A stretch of DNA of 64,000 bases from an uncultured delta proteobacterium (GTDB lineage: Bacteria > Myxococcota_A > Polyangia > Fen-1088). Positions 1 to 9,317 of this stretch are shown here, piece after piece. The first letter of the stretch is position 1, and each line of letters opens with the position of its first letter. The position numbers and the translations under genes are program-made. The notes under the pieces were generated by a model, which did no database searches, was not told the origin of the DNA, and saw nothing but the letters and a program-made list of their open reading frames with translations. The DNA is taken from the NCBI GenBank assembly GCA_963767925.1, contig CAVYGB010000010.1, positions 96,001 through 160,000 of the forward strand, read 5' to 3'.

Positions 1-765
1 CCAGGCCAGGGCCAGCCGCTCCGGCTTGGCCTCCTCGTATTTGCCGGCGATGGTGGCCATGGCCGCCCGGATCCGCTGGGCGGCGGTGTCCTGGTGATCG
101 AACAGCCGGCCCCCGCCGAGCGGGGACCAGGCCATCGGCAAGATGCCCAGGCGCTGGCACTGGTCGAGGGTCCCGTCCTCGATCGCGTTCATCGTGAACA
201 GGCTGAGCTCGACCTGGTTCGTGCACACGGGCCGGGTCAGGCGGGAGTTGAGCAGCTCGACCTGGTGGACGTTGTAGTTCGAGACCCCCACCTCGCGCAC
301 CTTGCCCTGCCGCTGCAGCGTCTCCAGCCCCTCGGCGGTGTCGTCGGCGGCGCTGAGCCAGTCGGGCCGGTGCACCAGGAAGACGTCGAGGTGGTCGGTC
401 CCCAGCAGGCGCAGCGACTTCTCGGCCGAGGCGATGATCCGCTGGGCGCTGGCGTTGTAGAAGGCAACCCGCCGCTCGGGGTGGCGCGCGCAGGGGACGT
501 AGATGCCACACTTGGTGACGATCTCCAGCCGCTGGCGCAGGCCGGGAGAGAGCGCCAGGGCTCGCCCCACCAGCTCCTCCACCTCATAGGTCCCGTAGAT
601 CTCGGCGGTGTCGAGGGTGGTGATGCCCTGCTCGAGGCAGATCTCCAGGCGGCGCAGGAGGTGCTGCGGGGAGGCGCTCTCGGGATCGTCGAGCAGCCGC
701 CAGGTGCCATAGGCCAGACGCGACAGCTCGGGACCTCGGGAGGAAGGCTTCGCGCGGGGCACCAT
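1..765 (-). CDS. Aldo/keto reductase, YdhF-like (3' end outside window)
   Basis: Hand translation from ATG at 765: LAYGTWRL, GITTLDTAEIYG (catalytic Asp/Tyr), EIVTKCG, SLRLLGTDHLDVFLVHRPD, GKVREVGVSN, NQVELS, MAWSPLGGG. Absent from the ORF track because it is open-ended. Confidence 0.9.
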   Translation of the reverse strand, partial: MVPRAKPSSRGPELSRLAYGTWRLLDDPESASPQHLLRRLEICLEQGITTLDTAEIYGTYEVEELVGRALALSPGLRQRLEIVTKCGIYVPCARHPERRVAFYNASAQRIIASAEKSLRLLGTDHLDVFLVHRPDWLSAADDTAEGLETLQRQGKVREVGVSNYNVHQVELLNSRLTRPVCTNQVELSLFTMNAIEDGTLDQCQRLGILPMAWSPLGGGRLFDHQDTAAQRIRAAMATIAGKYEEAKPERLALAW

Positions 766-854
766 GGCCGGCACTTTGTCCCCAAAAGCCTCTCGCGCGC
801 AACCCGGTGCTGCTGGGGAGTTACCCGGCGCCGGGGCTGTCGTAAGCTGAGCCC

Positions 855-1997
855 GTGCCCCAGGAAACCGCCATCGACGAAGCGCTCTCACCCCTGCTGG
901 CCCGCTACGGTTTCGACCGGGCCCTCTTCGATCGCCTGCGCCAGCGCCTGCGCGAGGGGCGGGGCGGCGCAGCGGACAACATCCTGCGCGGCCAGGTCCT
1001 GCCGCCCGCGCCCGACGACCTCCCCACCCTGCCCGACCGCGGCAGCCCCGCCTTCGCCGCCCTCAGCGCGGCGGGCGAGCGGGCCCTCGCCGCCGGACAG
1101 GTGGGCGTCGTCGTGCTGGCCGGCGGGATGGCCACCCGCTTCGGCGGGGGCGTCAAGGCGCAGGTGGAGGTGCTGCCCGGTCAATCGTTCTTCGACCTCA
1201 AGCTGGCCGACGTCAAGCGGCTCAGCGACCGGCTGTCGGCCCACATCCCCGTCTACCTGCTGGTCAGCTTCGCCACCCACGAGGTTGTCGAGCAACTCGG
1301 GCGGGGGGCCAGCGCGGCGCTGGTCCCGGTCGAGGCGGTGCCCCAGTTCCTGCTGCTGCGCCTGTCCCCGGAGGGCGAGCTGCTCGCGGGCGCCGACGGC
1401 AAACCTTCCCCCTACGCCTGCGGGCACGGCGACCTCACCTTCGCCCTGCGGGCCTCGGGAGCGCTGGGCCGCTTCCGGGCCGCGGGCGGTCGGGCCCTCT
1501 TCGTCTCGAACGTCGACAACCTGGCCGCCACCCTCGAGCCGGCGGTCATCGGCGCCCACCTCGAGAGCGGCCGGGCCATCACCGTCGAGGTGGTGGCCGC
1601 CGAGAAGGGCGACGTGGGCGGCGCCCCCGCCCGGGTCGACGGCCGGCTGCAGGTGGTCGAGGCCTTCCGCTTTCCGCCCGCTTTCCCGCAGGACCAGCTC
1701 CCCGCCTTCAATACAAACACCTTCGTGCTCGACGCCGCCGCCGTCGATCGAGACTTCGACCTGACCTGGTTCCAGGTGAAAAAGCGGGTCGACGGCAAGG
1801 AGGCGATCCAGTTCGAGCGGCTGCTCGGCGAGGTGACGGCCCATCTGTCCACCGGGCTGCTGGTGGTCCCCCGCCACCCCCCCGAGGGGCGCTTCGAGCC
1901 GATCAAGGAACCGGACGATCTGGAGCGACGACGCGACGCCATCCGGGCCACCCTGGCCAGCCGCGGGGTCCTGCCCAGCGGCGGCCAATCCGTGTAA
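855..1997 (+). CDS. UTP--glucose-1-phosphate uridylyltransferase, eukaryote-like UDPGP/UAP family
   Basis: LAGGMATRFGGGVK nucleotide-binding loop, GHGD, FVSNVDNL, GGAP, FNTNT and RFEPIK motifs of the UDPGP family. Confidence 0.85.
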   Translation: MPQETAIDEALSPLLARYGFDRALFDRLRQRLREGRGGAADNILRGQVLPPAPDDLPTLPDRGSPAFAALSAAGERALAAGQVGVVVLAGGMATRFGGGVKAQVEVLPGQSFFDLKLADVKRLSDRLSAHIPVYLLVSFATHEVVEQLGRGASAALVPVEAVPQFLLLRLSPEGELLAGADGKPSPYACGHGDLTFALRASGALGRFRAAGGRALFVSNVDNLAATLEPAVIGAHLESGRAITVEVVAAEKGDVGGAPARVDGRLQVVEAFRFPPAFPQDQLPAFNTNTFVLDAAAVDRDFDLTWFQVKKRVDGKEAIQFERLLGEVTAHLSTGLLVVPRHPPEGRFEPIKEPDDLERRRDAIRATLASRGVLPSGGQSV

Positions 1998-2029
1998 TCT
2001 GCCGGGCGCGCCAGCGAGGCCAAAACAAC

Positions 2030-2509
2030 ATGACCATCGGACCCAAGACCGTCGTTTCCATCGAATACGTCCTCAAGGACGACGCCGGAGAGGAGCTCGA
2101 CAGCTCGAGCGGGCGCGACCCTCTCACCTACCTGCACGGAGTCGGCAACCTGGTGCCAGGCCTGGAGCGGGCCCTCGAGGGCAAGGGGAAAGGCGACGGC
2201 GTCGACGTCACCTTGCCGCCCGCCGACGCCTACGGCGACCGGGACGAGAAGCTCGTTCGCAACCTCCCCCTGCGCAAGATCGCCGACAAGAAACCCCAGG
2301 TGGGCCAGCGCTACCGGGCCCAGCTCGAGGACGGCCAGGCCATCGTCCTCGTGACGGGGCTACGCGGCGACTACGCCACCATCGACGCCAACCACCCGCT
2401 GGCCGGCATGACCCTGCACTTCCAGGTCAAGGTGGTCGAGATCCGGGAGGCGACGGCCGACGAGATCACCCACGGCCACGTGCACGGCGGCGACGACCAC
2501 CACCACTGA
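2030..2509 (+). CDS. slyD: FKBP-type peptidyl-prolyl isomerase SlyD
   Basis: PLTYLHG, GLERALEG, AYG, DANHPLAGMTLHF, REAT.DEI.HGHVH and a His-rich tail. Confidence 0.95.
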   Translation: MTIGPKTVVSIEYVLKDDAGEELDSSSGRDPLTYLHGVGNLVPGLERALEGKGKGDGVDVTLPPADAYGDRDEKLVRNLPLRKIADKKPQVGQRYRAQLEDGQAIVLVTGLRGDYATIDANHPLAGMTLHFQVKVVEIREATADEITHGHVHGGDDHHH

Positions 2510-2521
2510 GGACCGCGCCGC

Positions 2522-4486
2522 TCAGGGACCGGCCGAGGTCCAGATGCGGCCGTAGTTCGAGGGGACCGTGAGGCTGGTGGGCTGCCAGGCCTGGACGCCC
2601 GTCAGATCGAGCGCCCCCCCGTGCAGCTCCTCCCGGAAACGTCCCCCGAAGGGAAACCAGAAGGGGACGGTCTGCTCGCTGTCGCCGGTGTTCAGCGCCA
2701 CCAGCGTGTAGCTGGTGTCGGTGTAGCGGGCGAAGAGCAGCAGGCCCCGGCTCTGGTAGCGGTCCCAGTCGTCGAAGAAGAAGTGGGCCCCGGCCCGGAG
2801 CTGGGGCAGGTCCCGCCGCAAGCGCAGCAGGTCCCGCACCAGCTTGACGAGCCGCTTGCCCACCTCGTCGTAAAAGTAGTCCCAGCGCATGGGCCGCAGG
2901 AGCATCACCCGCCCCAGGCCGTCGTTGGGCAGGAAGTAGTTCTCCCCCAGCTCCTGCCCCTGCCAGAGCAGGGGGATGCCCTTGCTGGCCAGCACGCCCA
3001 TCAAGTAGGGCTGCACCTTGTACCAGAGGCCGCGGTCGCCCTCCCGGAACAGCGGGTTGCCGTCGCGCTCGGCGGTCCGGAAGTGGCAAACGAACCGCTC
3101 GTGGTCGTGGTTCTCGATGTATTGCAGGGGCGCCCGGGGCAAGGTGACGCCGTTGGTGGTCTGCTCGGTCGGGAAGCCGGCCGCGCCCAGCCGGTGGCCC
3201 AGGTCGGTCAGGCGCGCGCGATCGCCCCGGGCCACCGCCACCGCGGCGTCGTAGGTGCGGTTCTGCCAGGTCGAGGTGGTGTAGGTCTCGGAAAGCACCT
3301 GCTCGGGCGCCTCGAGCTGCTCGGCGCACTGGACGATGGCCGGCCGGTCGGCCTCCCCGAAGCGCCGCCAGGCGCTGGTGGGGCCGGCGGCGCCGAGCTC
3401 CCGACGGGCCAGCTCGAAGGTCTCGTAGACCAGGCGGGCGTAGCCCTTCCCCATGGGCCCATCCCAGTAGTTGGGCACGCAGTCGTAGCGGAACCCGTCG
3501 ACGTGATAGACCTCGAGCCAGTGGCGGTTGACCGCCAGGAAGTAGTCCCGGGTGAGGGCCCGACCGAAATCGGTGCTGGCGCCGAAGTAGTCGGCCGCGC
3601 CGAAGGAGCCCATGAAGGGGTTCTCCCGGCCCAGCCGCCCGTACAGGTACTGGTACCCGAAGTCGTCGGCGGTGTGGCCAAAGACGGCGTCGACAACCAC
3701 GGCGATGCCGCGCTGGTGGGACTCGGCCACGAAGCGCTGGAAGTCGCGCCGCTTGCCGAATCGCTCGTCGATCCCGAAGTAGCCCAGGGGCAGGTACCCC
3801 CAGTCGACATCGAGGGCCACGTTGGACACCGGCATCACCTCGACCGCGTTGACCCCCAGGTCCTGCAGGTAGGCGAGTCGATCGATGGCGCCGGCGACGT
3901 CGCCCCCGAACTCGGCCAGGTTCAGCTCGTACAGCACCAGGTCGGCCAGCGGCGGGACCCGGTAGGCCGCCTCGACGGCGGCGTCCCAGGTGAAGTCCTG
4001 GTAGCCCAGGGTGAAGGCGGACAGCTTGCCCACCCCGAACTCCCGGGCGAATGGGTCGACAACCCAGTCGATCTCGCTGCCGTCGGGGCGCTGGAGGCAA
4101 TAACGATAGACGTAGCGCTGCTCGGCGCCCGACCGGCCCCAGGCCGACTCCGGCCGCAGCGGCGGCGTGGCGGCGATGTCGACGGCGGTCGACCAGTAGT
4201 CGCCGTAGGGGCTCTCCTGGGCGTGGGCGAGGGGGAAGACCTGGGCGGGGATGTGCTGCAGGAACTGGTCGGCCTCGTGGATGACCTTGACCCGCACGGC
4301 GTCCCCGCTCTGCGGCGAGATCCCGGGCAACCAGATCCCGAAGCGCACCTGCTGGCCGTCCTGGTGGGCGCCGACCTTCTTCATGTCGAGCTGGGCCGGC
4401 AGGGCCCGCCCCACCGCCGCCGCCCGCGCGTTGCGCGGAGCCGGCCCCCGCGTTCGCCCGATCTCGATCCTCTCGGCTTCGTTCAT
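2522..4486 (-). CDS. GH13 alpha-amylase-family glycosidase (branching enzyme / malto-oligosyltrehalose hydrolase-like)
   Basis: DPFAR, LYEL, LGVNAVEVMPV, WGY, DAVFGH, VDGFRYD (nucleophile Asp), CAE (acid/base), YIENHD. GGGGAGG RBS upstream of the ATG. Confidence 0.9.
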   Translation of the reverse strand: MNEAERIEIGRTRGPAPRNARAAAVGRALPAQLDMKKVGAHQDGQQVRFGIWLPGISPQSGDAVRVKVIHEADQFLQHIPAQVFPLAHAQESPYGDYWSTAVDIAATPPLRPESAWGRSGAEQRYVYRYCLQRPDGSEIDWVVDPFAREFGVGKLSAFTLGYQDFTWDAAVEAAYRVPPLADLVLYELNLAEFGGDVAGAIDRLAYLQDLGVNAVEVMPVSNVALDVDWGYLPLGYFGIDERFGKRRDFQRFVAESHQRGIAVVVDAVFGHTADDFGYQYLYGRLGRENPFMGSFGAADYFGASTDFGRALTRDYFLAVNRHWLEVYHVDGFRYDCVPNYWDGPMGKGYARLVYETFELARRELGAAGPTSAWRRFGEADRPAIVQCAEQLEAPEQVLSETYTTSTWQNRTYDAAVAVARGDRARLTDLGHRLGAAGFPTEQTTNGVTLPRAPLQYIENHDHERFVCHFRTAERDGNPLFREGDRGLWYKVQPYLMGVLASKGIPLLWQGQELGENYFLPNDGLGRVMLLRPMRWDYFYDEVGKRLVKLVRDLLRLRRDLPQLRAGAHFFFDDWDRYQSRGLLLFARYTDTSYTLVALNTGDSEQTVPFWFPFGGRFREELHGGALDLTGVQAWQPTSLTVPSNYGRIWTSAGP

Positions 4487-4705
4487 CGCCCTGCCTCCCC
4501 GTTCCGATAACGGCCGACCGCCCGCTTGTTCCCGCTCGGGGCCGAACGATCAGAATCCGCCGGCTAGAATACGCCGCCCCTCGGTGCCCGCGTAGTCGGG
4601 ATAGCCCCGAAGCGCGGGCGGCGGGCCGGAGGTCGGTGGCGAGGGGGTCATCCCCCTACCCGCCGGCAGTTGACCAGCGGGCCAGACCGCACCCACAGTG
4701 CTGGG

Positions 4706-6094
4706 ATGGGTGGCGAGCCGACAGCGCTGGACTGCGACGCGATAATCCTGGGGTCCGGGCAGGCCGGGGTGCCGCTCGCGACAAAGCTGGCCGCCAAGGG
4801 GCGGCGCGTGGTGGTCATCGAGGCGGCCGCCCCGGGGGGGACCTGTGTCAACACCGGCTGCACGCCCACCAAGACCCTCATCGCGAGCGCCCGGGCGGCG
4901 CACGTGGCCCGCACCGCCGCGCGGCTGGGGGTGCACACCGCCGAGGTGACGGTCGACTTCGCGGCGGTGATGGCCCGCAAGAACGCCATCGTGGCCCGCT
5001 GGCGGGAGGGCGTGGAGCGGCGGCTCGGGGGGGACGGCATCACCCTGCTGCGCGGCCGCGGGCGCTTCGTGGGCCCCCGCACCGTCGAGATCGACGGCCG
5101 CCGGGTGCGCGCCCCGCTGGTCGTCATCAACGTGGGGGGACGGCCGGCCGCGCCCCACCTGCCCGGGCTCGAGCGGGTCCCCTGGCTGGATCACGCCGGG
5201 CTGCTCGACGTGCGGACCCTGCCGTCGCACCTCATCATCGTGGGGGCCGGGTACATCGGCTGCGAGATGGCGCAGCTCTTCCGCCGGCTCGGATCGGCCG
5301 TCACGGTGGTCGGGCGCCAGCCGCACCTCCTGCCCCGGGAGGACGAGGACGTCTCGAGCGTGCTCGAGGAGGTGTTCCGGGGCGAAGGGATCGATCTGCG
5401 GCTGGGGAGCCAGATCGAGGCGCTCGAGCCCGGGAGCAACCAGGGCGCCGCCGTGCGGGCCCACCTCGGCGGCGGGACCGAGCTGCGGGGATCGCACCTG
5501 CTGCTGGCCCTGGGCCGGCGGCCCAACACCGACGGCCTCGGCTGCGAGGCGGCTGGCATCGCCCTCACCGGCGACGGGCACGTGCAGGTCGACGATCGCT
5601 ACCGGACCAGCGCGGAGGGCGTCCACGCCGTGGGCGACGTCATCCCGGGCCCCCAGTTTACCCACGTGAGCTGGGACGACCACCGGCGCCTGCTGGCCAT
5701 CCTCGAGGGCCGTTCGCAGGTGGGTCGCTCGGAGGCGGTCGTCCCGAGCTGCGTGTTCACCGATCCCCAGGTGGCGGCGGTCGGGCCGAACGAGCGGCAA
5801 GCCCGCGCGCAGGGGCTGCGCTACGAGGTGGCCACCTTGCCCTGGAAGAACATCGCCCGCGCCACCGAGACCGACGAGACCGCGGGCCTGATAAAGGTGC
5901 TCATCGCGCCCGACACCGAGCAGATCCTCGGAGCCCGGCTGGTCGGAGCGGAGGCGGGCGAGCTCCTTCACGTCTTCTCCGCCCTGATGGTGGCCAGAGC
6001 CTCGGCCCGCACCCTGGTGGACGGCCAGATCGCCCACCCCACCCTCGCCGAGGGCTTGCAGTCCGTCCTGACGAAGCTGCCCCGCTTCGCTTGA
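4706..6094 (+). CDS. Class I pyridine nucleotide-disulfide oxidoreductase (MerA/LpdA/RclA-like)
   Basis: GSGQAG FAD loop, GGTCVNTGCTPTK redox disulfide, GAGYIG NAD loop, C-terminal HPTLAE. Start uncertain (4670 or 4706). Confidence 0.9.
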   Translation: MGGEPTALDCDAIILGSGQAGVPLATKLAAKGRRVVVIEAAAPGGTCVNTGCTPTKTLIASARAAHVARTAARLGVHTAEVTVDFAAVMARKNAIVARWREGVERRLGGDGITLLRGRGRFVGPRTVEIDGRRVRAPLVVINVGGRPAAPHLPGLERVPWLDHAGLLDVRTLPSHLIIVGAGYIGCEMAQLFRRLGSAVTVVGRQPHLLPREDEDVSSVLEEVFRGEGIDLRLGSQIEALEPGSNQGAAVRAHLGGGTELRGSHLLLALGRRPNTDGLGCEAAGIALTGDGHVQVDDRYRTSAEGVHAVGDVIPGPQFTHVSWDDHRRLLAILEGRSQVGRSEAVVPSCVFTDPQVAAVGPNERQARAQGLRYEVATLPWKNIARATETDETAGLIKVLIAPDTEQILGARLVGAEAGELLHVFSALMVARASARTLVDGQIAHPTLAEGLQSVLTKLPRFA

Positions 6095-6127
6095 GCTCCC
6101 GTCTCCCGGTGGGACGGCGGCGGTGGC

Positions 6128-6142
6128 GGCACGAATCGTGCC
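6128..6142. promoter_or_regulatory. Perfect inverted repeat GGCACGA-A-TCGTGCC; candidate sigma-54 promoter or operator
   Basis: Intergenic palindrome with GG-N10-GC spacing, about 90 bp upstream of the M23 peptidase. Confidence 0.4.
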
Positions 6143-6233
6143 TTACACACCCCGGATGGAGGAGACAGGCGGCGGGGTCGGAGGGGGGCGATTTGATCCA
6201 TAATGGATCCGAACGTTCGCCCCCTCGCTCCCG

Positions 6234-7091
6234 ATGAACGCCCTGCTCCTCACCACCCTCCTGCTGGCGGGTCCCGACGCTGCGGTCGATGCGCCTGTCG
6301 CTCCGGCGGAGCCGGTCCTCTCCATGGCCGACGCCACCATCACCTCCTCGCTGAGCGGGGCGCTCGCCCGGGAGCCCGACGGCGCGGTGCTGTCGGCGCT
6401 GGCGGGGCGAATTTTCATGTGGCACGTCGACCTCAACAAGGAGATCGAGCGGGGGGATCGGGTGCGCCTGCTCTACTACCGGGACGGGGCCGGGGACCTC
6501 ATCGTCGCGGCCGCGCGCTACCGGTCGGCCCGCAAGGGGACCACCTTCGACGCCTTTCGCTTCCAGGCCACCGGCGACATCGCGCCGAGCTACTGGGACG
6601 CCGACGGCAAAGAGGTCCCGGAGCGGCTCCGCGACGGGCCCCTGCGCAGCTACGATCAGATCACCGCCCTCCTCAAGGATCGACCGACCCACCGGGGGAT
6701 GGACTTCAAGGCGCCCATCGGGACACCGGTCCACGCCCACCGGACCGGCACCGTGAGCCGGGTGAACTGGCGGCGGGGGGGCAACGGCATGTGCCTCGAG
6801 ATCCGGTTCGGCGACGGCACCCTGGCCAAGTACCTGCACCTGTCGGCCATCTCGGCCCGCCGCGGGCAGCGGGTGAAACCGGGAGACCGGGTGGCGCTCA
6901 CCGGAAACACCGGGCGGTCGACGGCGCCCCATCTGCACTACCAGCTCGAGCGGGGCAGCCGCACCGTCGACCCGCTCGACTACCACGGCACCTACCGCCG
7001 CGCGCTCACGCCCCCGGACCGCGCCTCGTTTTCGCTCGAGCGGCGCCGCTTGCTGGCCCGCCTGCAGCAGCCCGGCGCGCCCGATCGCTGA
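6234..7091 (+). CDS. M23 family metallopeptidase (MepM-like peptidoglycan endopeptidase)
   Basis: Signal peptide, HRGMD (HxxxD), YLHLS, GNTGRSTAPHLHY (HxH). Confidence 0.92.
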   Translation: MNALLLTTLLLAGPDAAVDAPVAPAEPVLSMADATITSSLSGALAREPDGAVLSALAGRIFMWHVDLNKEIERGDRVRLLYYRDGAGDLIVAAARYRSARKGTTFDAFRFQATGDIAPSYWDADGKEVPERLRDGPLRSYDQITALLKDRPTHRGMDFKAPIGTPVHAHRTGTVSRVNWRRGGNGMCLEIRFGDGTLAKYLHLSAISARRGQRVKPGDRVALTGNTGRSTAPHLHYQLERGSRTVDPLDYHGTYRRALTPPDRASFSLERRRLLARLQQPGAPDR

Positions 7092-7584
7092 CACCGTCAG
7101 CCGATCCCGCGGGCCGCGGGCGGCCGCGCCGCCAGAGGATCTCCAGGTGGCCGGGGGCCACCAGGTCGGGGAGGCGACCGACCCGCTCGAAGCCGAGCGC
7201 CCGGTAGAAGCGAGCGGCGGCCCGGTTCTCCCGGGCGGACGAGGTGTAGAGCCAGCGCGCCCCCGCGAACACCCGGACGGCGGCGTCCTCCACCAGGGCG
7301 CGCCCGATCCCCTGCCCGGCCTCGGCGGCGGGTACCGCCAGCAGGGCGATGAACCCGCCCAGCAGCACCTGCGGCTGCACCACGATGATCCCCACGACGC
7401 GCGCGCCGGCCCCCCGCCCCTGGACCGCCACCCGCACCCAGCCCTCGGCCGATCGGCGGGCCAGCCAGCGCCCCAGCCCGTCGGCCCGGTACCCCAGCGA
7501 CCGCCAGGGCTCCGCGGCCACGATCCAGCGCGCCTGGCGGCGGGCCTCGCCGGGGCGGGCCCGGCGGATGCGGGTGGCCTTCAC
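7006..7584 (-). CDS. GNAT family N-acetyltransferase
   Basis: LAV....GQGIGRALV acetyl-CoA motif and N.AAARFYRALGF. Its 3' tail overlaps the convergent M23 gene. Confidence 0.85.
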   Translation of the reverse strand: MKATRIRRARPGEARRQARWIVAAEPWRSLGYRADGLGRWLARRSAEGWVRVAVQGRGAGARVVGIIVVQPQVLLGGFIALLAVPAAEAGQGIGRALVEDAAVRVFAGARWLYTSSARENRAAARFYRALGFERVGRLPDLVAPGHLEILWRRGRPRPAGSADGVSDRARRAAAGGPASGAARAKTRRGPGA

Positions 7585-7633
7585 GACCGGCGAGCTTGCC
7601 CCCCGGCGGCGGGGCCGGTCGAGGACAAACCGC

Positions 7634-8422
7634 TCACGGGTGGTCGGCCGCGGTCAGGGCGGGCGGCGGCGGCACCCGCTTGCGGTAGCGGCGGGGCTGG
7701 GCCTGGACGATGGTGGCGTCGGGCAGGCGCAGCAGCTCCGAGACCCGCACGAAGCCGAAGCCCCGCTCGCGCAGCCGGCGGATGATCTCGGGCAGCGCCT
7801 TCTTCGTCTCCGGGCCCCGCCCGTTGATGTGGAAGATCACGATCGACCCGGGCTGCACGGCGGCGGTCACCCCCTCCACCATCCGCCGGGCGCTGACGTA
7901 GCCGCCCGCGTCCTGCGAGACGACGTCCCACAGGACGATGGGGCGGCCCCCGGTCTGGAAGGGGAGCCAGGCCGCCCAGTCCCCGAAGGGCGGCCGGAAG
8001 CCAACCGACTGCCGGTCGAGCGAGGCGATGATCCGATCGGTCCGCTCGATGTCGGCGCGGGCCTGCTCCATGGTGAGCCTCGAGAAGGCCGGGTGATCGT
8101 AGGAGTGGTTGCCGAGCTCGATGAGCGGCTCGCTGGCCAGGGCCAGCGCCTCTTGCCGGTGGGTCTCGACCCAGCGGCCCGAGACGAACACGGTGGCCGG
8201 GACCTCCTCGTCCTGCAGGATCTCGAACACGTCGCTGTCGAAGCCGCGCGGGCCGCGCTGGGTGGGACAGGCGTCGAAGGTCAAGGCCACCACCGGCTGG
8301 CGGGTGGTCACGGCGGCGATGGCGCTGGCGGCGCTCCCCGGTCCTGTCACCCGCTCGCCGGCGGCGACCGGCGCGGCGCCGGCCAGCAGCAGCACCAGCA
8401 GCCCGAGCCTTCGCCACCCCAT
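7634..8422 (-). CDS. Secreted polysaccharide deacetylase (CE4/NodB)
   Basis: Signal peptide; VALTFDAC, ATVFVSG, GNHSYDHP, FRPPFG, GSIVIFH. Confidence 0.92.
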   Translation of the reverse strand: MGWRRLGLLVLLLAGAAPVAAGERVTGPGSAASAIAAVTTRQPVVALTFDACPTQRGPRGFDSDVFEILQDEEVPATVFVSGRWVETHRQEALALASEPLIELGNHSYDHPAFSRLTMEQARADIERTDRIIASLDRQSVGFRPPFGDWAAWLPFQTGGRPIVLWDVVSQDAGGYVSARRMVEGVTAAVQPGSIVIFHINGRGPETKKALPEIIRRLRERGFGFVRVSELLRLPDATIVQAQPRRYRKRVPPPPALTAADHP

Positions 8423-8471
8423 GGGTGACGTTTCGACCGGAAATGGCGCGCCGTTTATGTAGTATGCGTAC

Positions 8472-9317
8472 TTACAATTTTTCTGACTTATTCATGTCGG
8501 CCTCCAGCACCGCCAGGTTGCGCGCAAGCCCCGGCAGGGTCGGCTGCAAGGCGTGGGCGGTGCGGTAGGCCCGGTGGGCCTCGGCGAGGCGGCCCAGCAT
8601 GTGCTCGACAAGGCCGATGCTGGCATGGGCCTCGGCGAAGGTGGGAAAGTCGGCCGCCGCGCGCCGGTAGCGGGCCAGCGCCTCCTGGGTGCGGCCGCGC
8701 TCGCGCAGCTCGTTGGCCAGGTTGAAGCGCAGGACGGCCGCCACCTCGGGCGGGGTGAGCGGGCGCAGGTAGGCCGCGCCGGCCGCGGGCACCGCGTATT
8801 TGCTGCGATACCAGCTATCGGGCATCGGCTCGCCCTGGCGCAGCAGCTCGACGTTGGCCAGGCCGGGCCCGGCCCCGTCGCGCACGCGCACGAAGAAGTG
8901 GCCCGGCACCAGCACGCCGACCGCCGGCACCCCGGCCGCTTCGGCCAGCGCCAGGTACAGGCTGCCGAGGCCCACGCAGGTCCCCCGCCGCTCGCGCACG
9001 ACCCCGGGCAGCAGCATGAAGCGGGCCTGCTGGCTGGTGATCTCGCGCTCGAACCGGCCCTCTTCGAACAGCAGCCGCCGGAACACCTCGGCCGGGCGGT
9101 CCCCCCGGCGCAGGGCCGGCTTCGCGCGCTCCACCATCCGGCCCAGCTCGGCCCGGGTCAGGTCCGCCGTCGCCGCGCTCAGGTCCCCCGTCTCGAGCGC
9201 CACCTCCAGCAGGGCCGACAGGGCGGGTCCGGGCGGCGGCTGCCGGCGGCAACCGGCCAGCAGGCCCAGCAGCAGCGCCAGCAGGGCCGCCTGGGGGACG
9301 CGGGGGACGCGCATCAC
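8472..9317 (-). CDS. SirB1/transglutaminase-like lipoprotein with C-terminal TPRs
   Basis: Lipobox LLAGC; RRGTCVGLGSLY and VPGHFFVR (Cys/His of transglutaminase-like core); TPR-like helices at the C-terminus. Confidence 0.75.
   Translation of the reverse strand: MMRVPRVPQAALLALLLGLLAGCRRQPPPGPALSALLEVALETGDLSAATADLTRAELGRMVERAKPALRRGDRPAEVFRRLLFEEGRFEREITSQQARFMLLPGVVRERRGTCVGLGSLYLALAEAAGVPAVGVLVPGHFFVRVRDGAGPGLANVELLRQGEPMPDSWYRSKYAVPAAGAAYLRPLTPPEVAAVLRFNLANELRERGRTQEALARYRRAAADFPTFAEAHASIGLVEHMLGRLAEAHRAYRTAHALQPTLPGLARNLAVLEADMNKSEKL

Noticed and set aside
4706..6094. Mercuric reductase merA
   Set aside because: No C-terminal Cys-Cys pair, no N-terminal metal-binding domain and no mer genes nearby; it ends with HPTLAE like generic family members.
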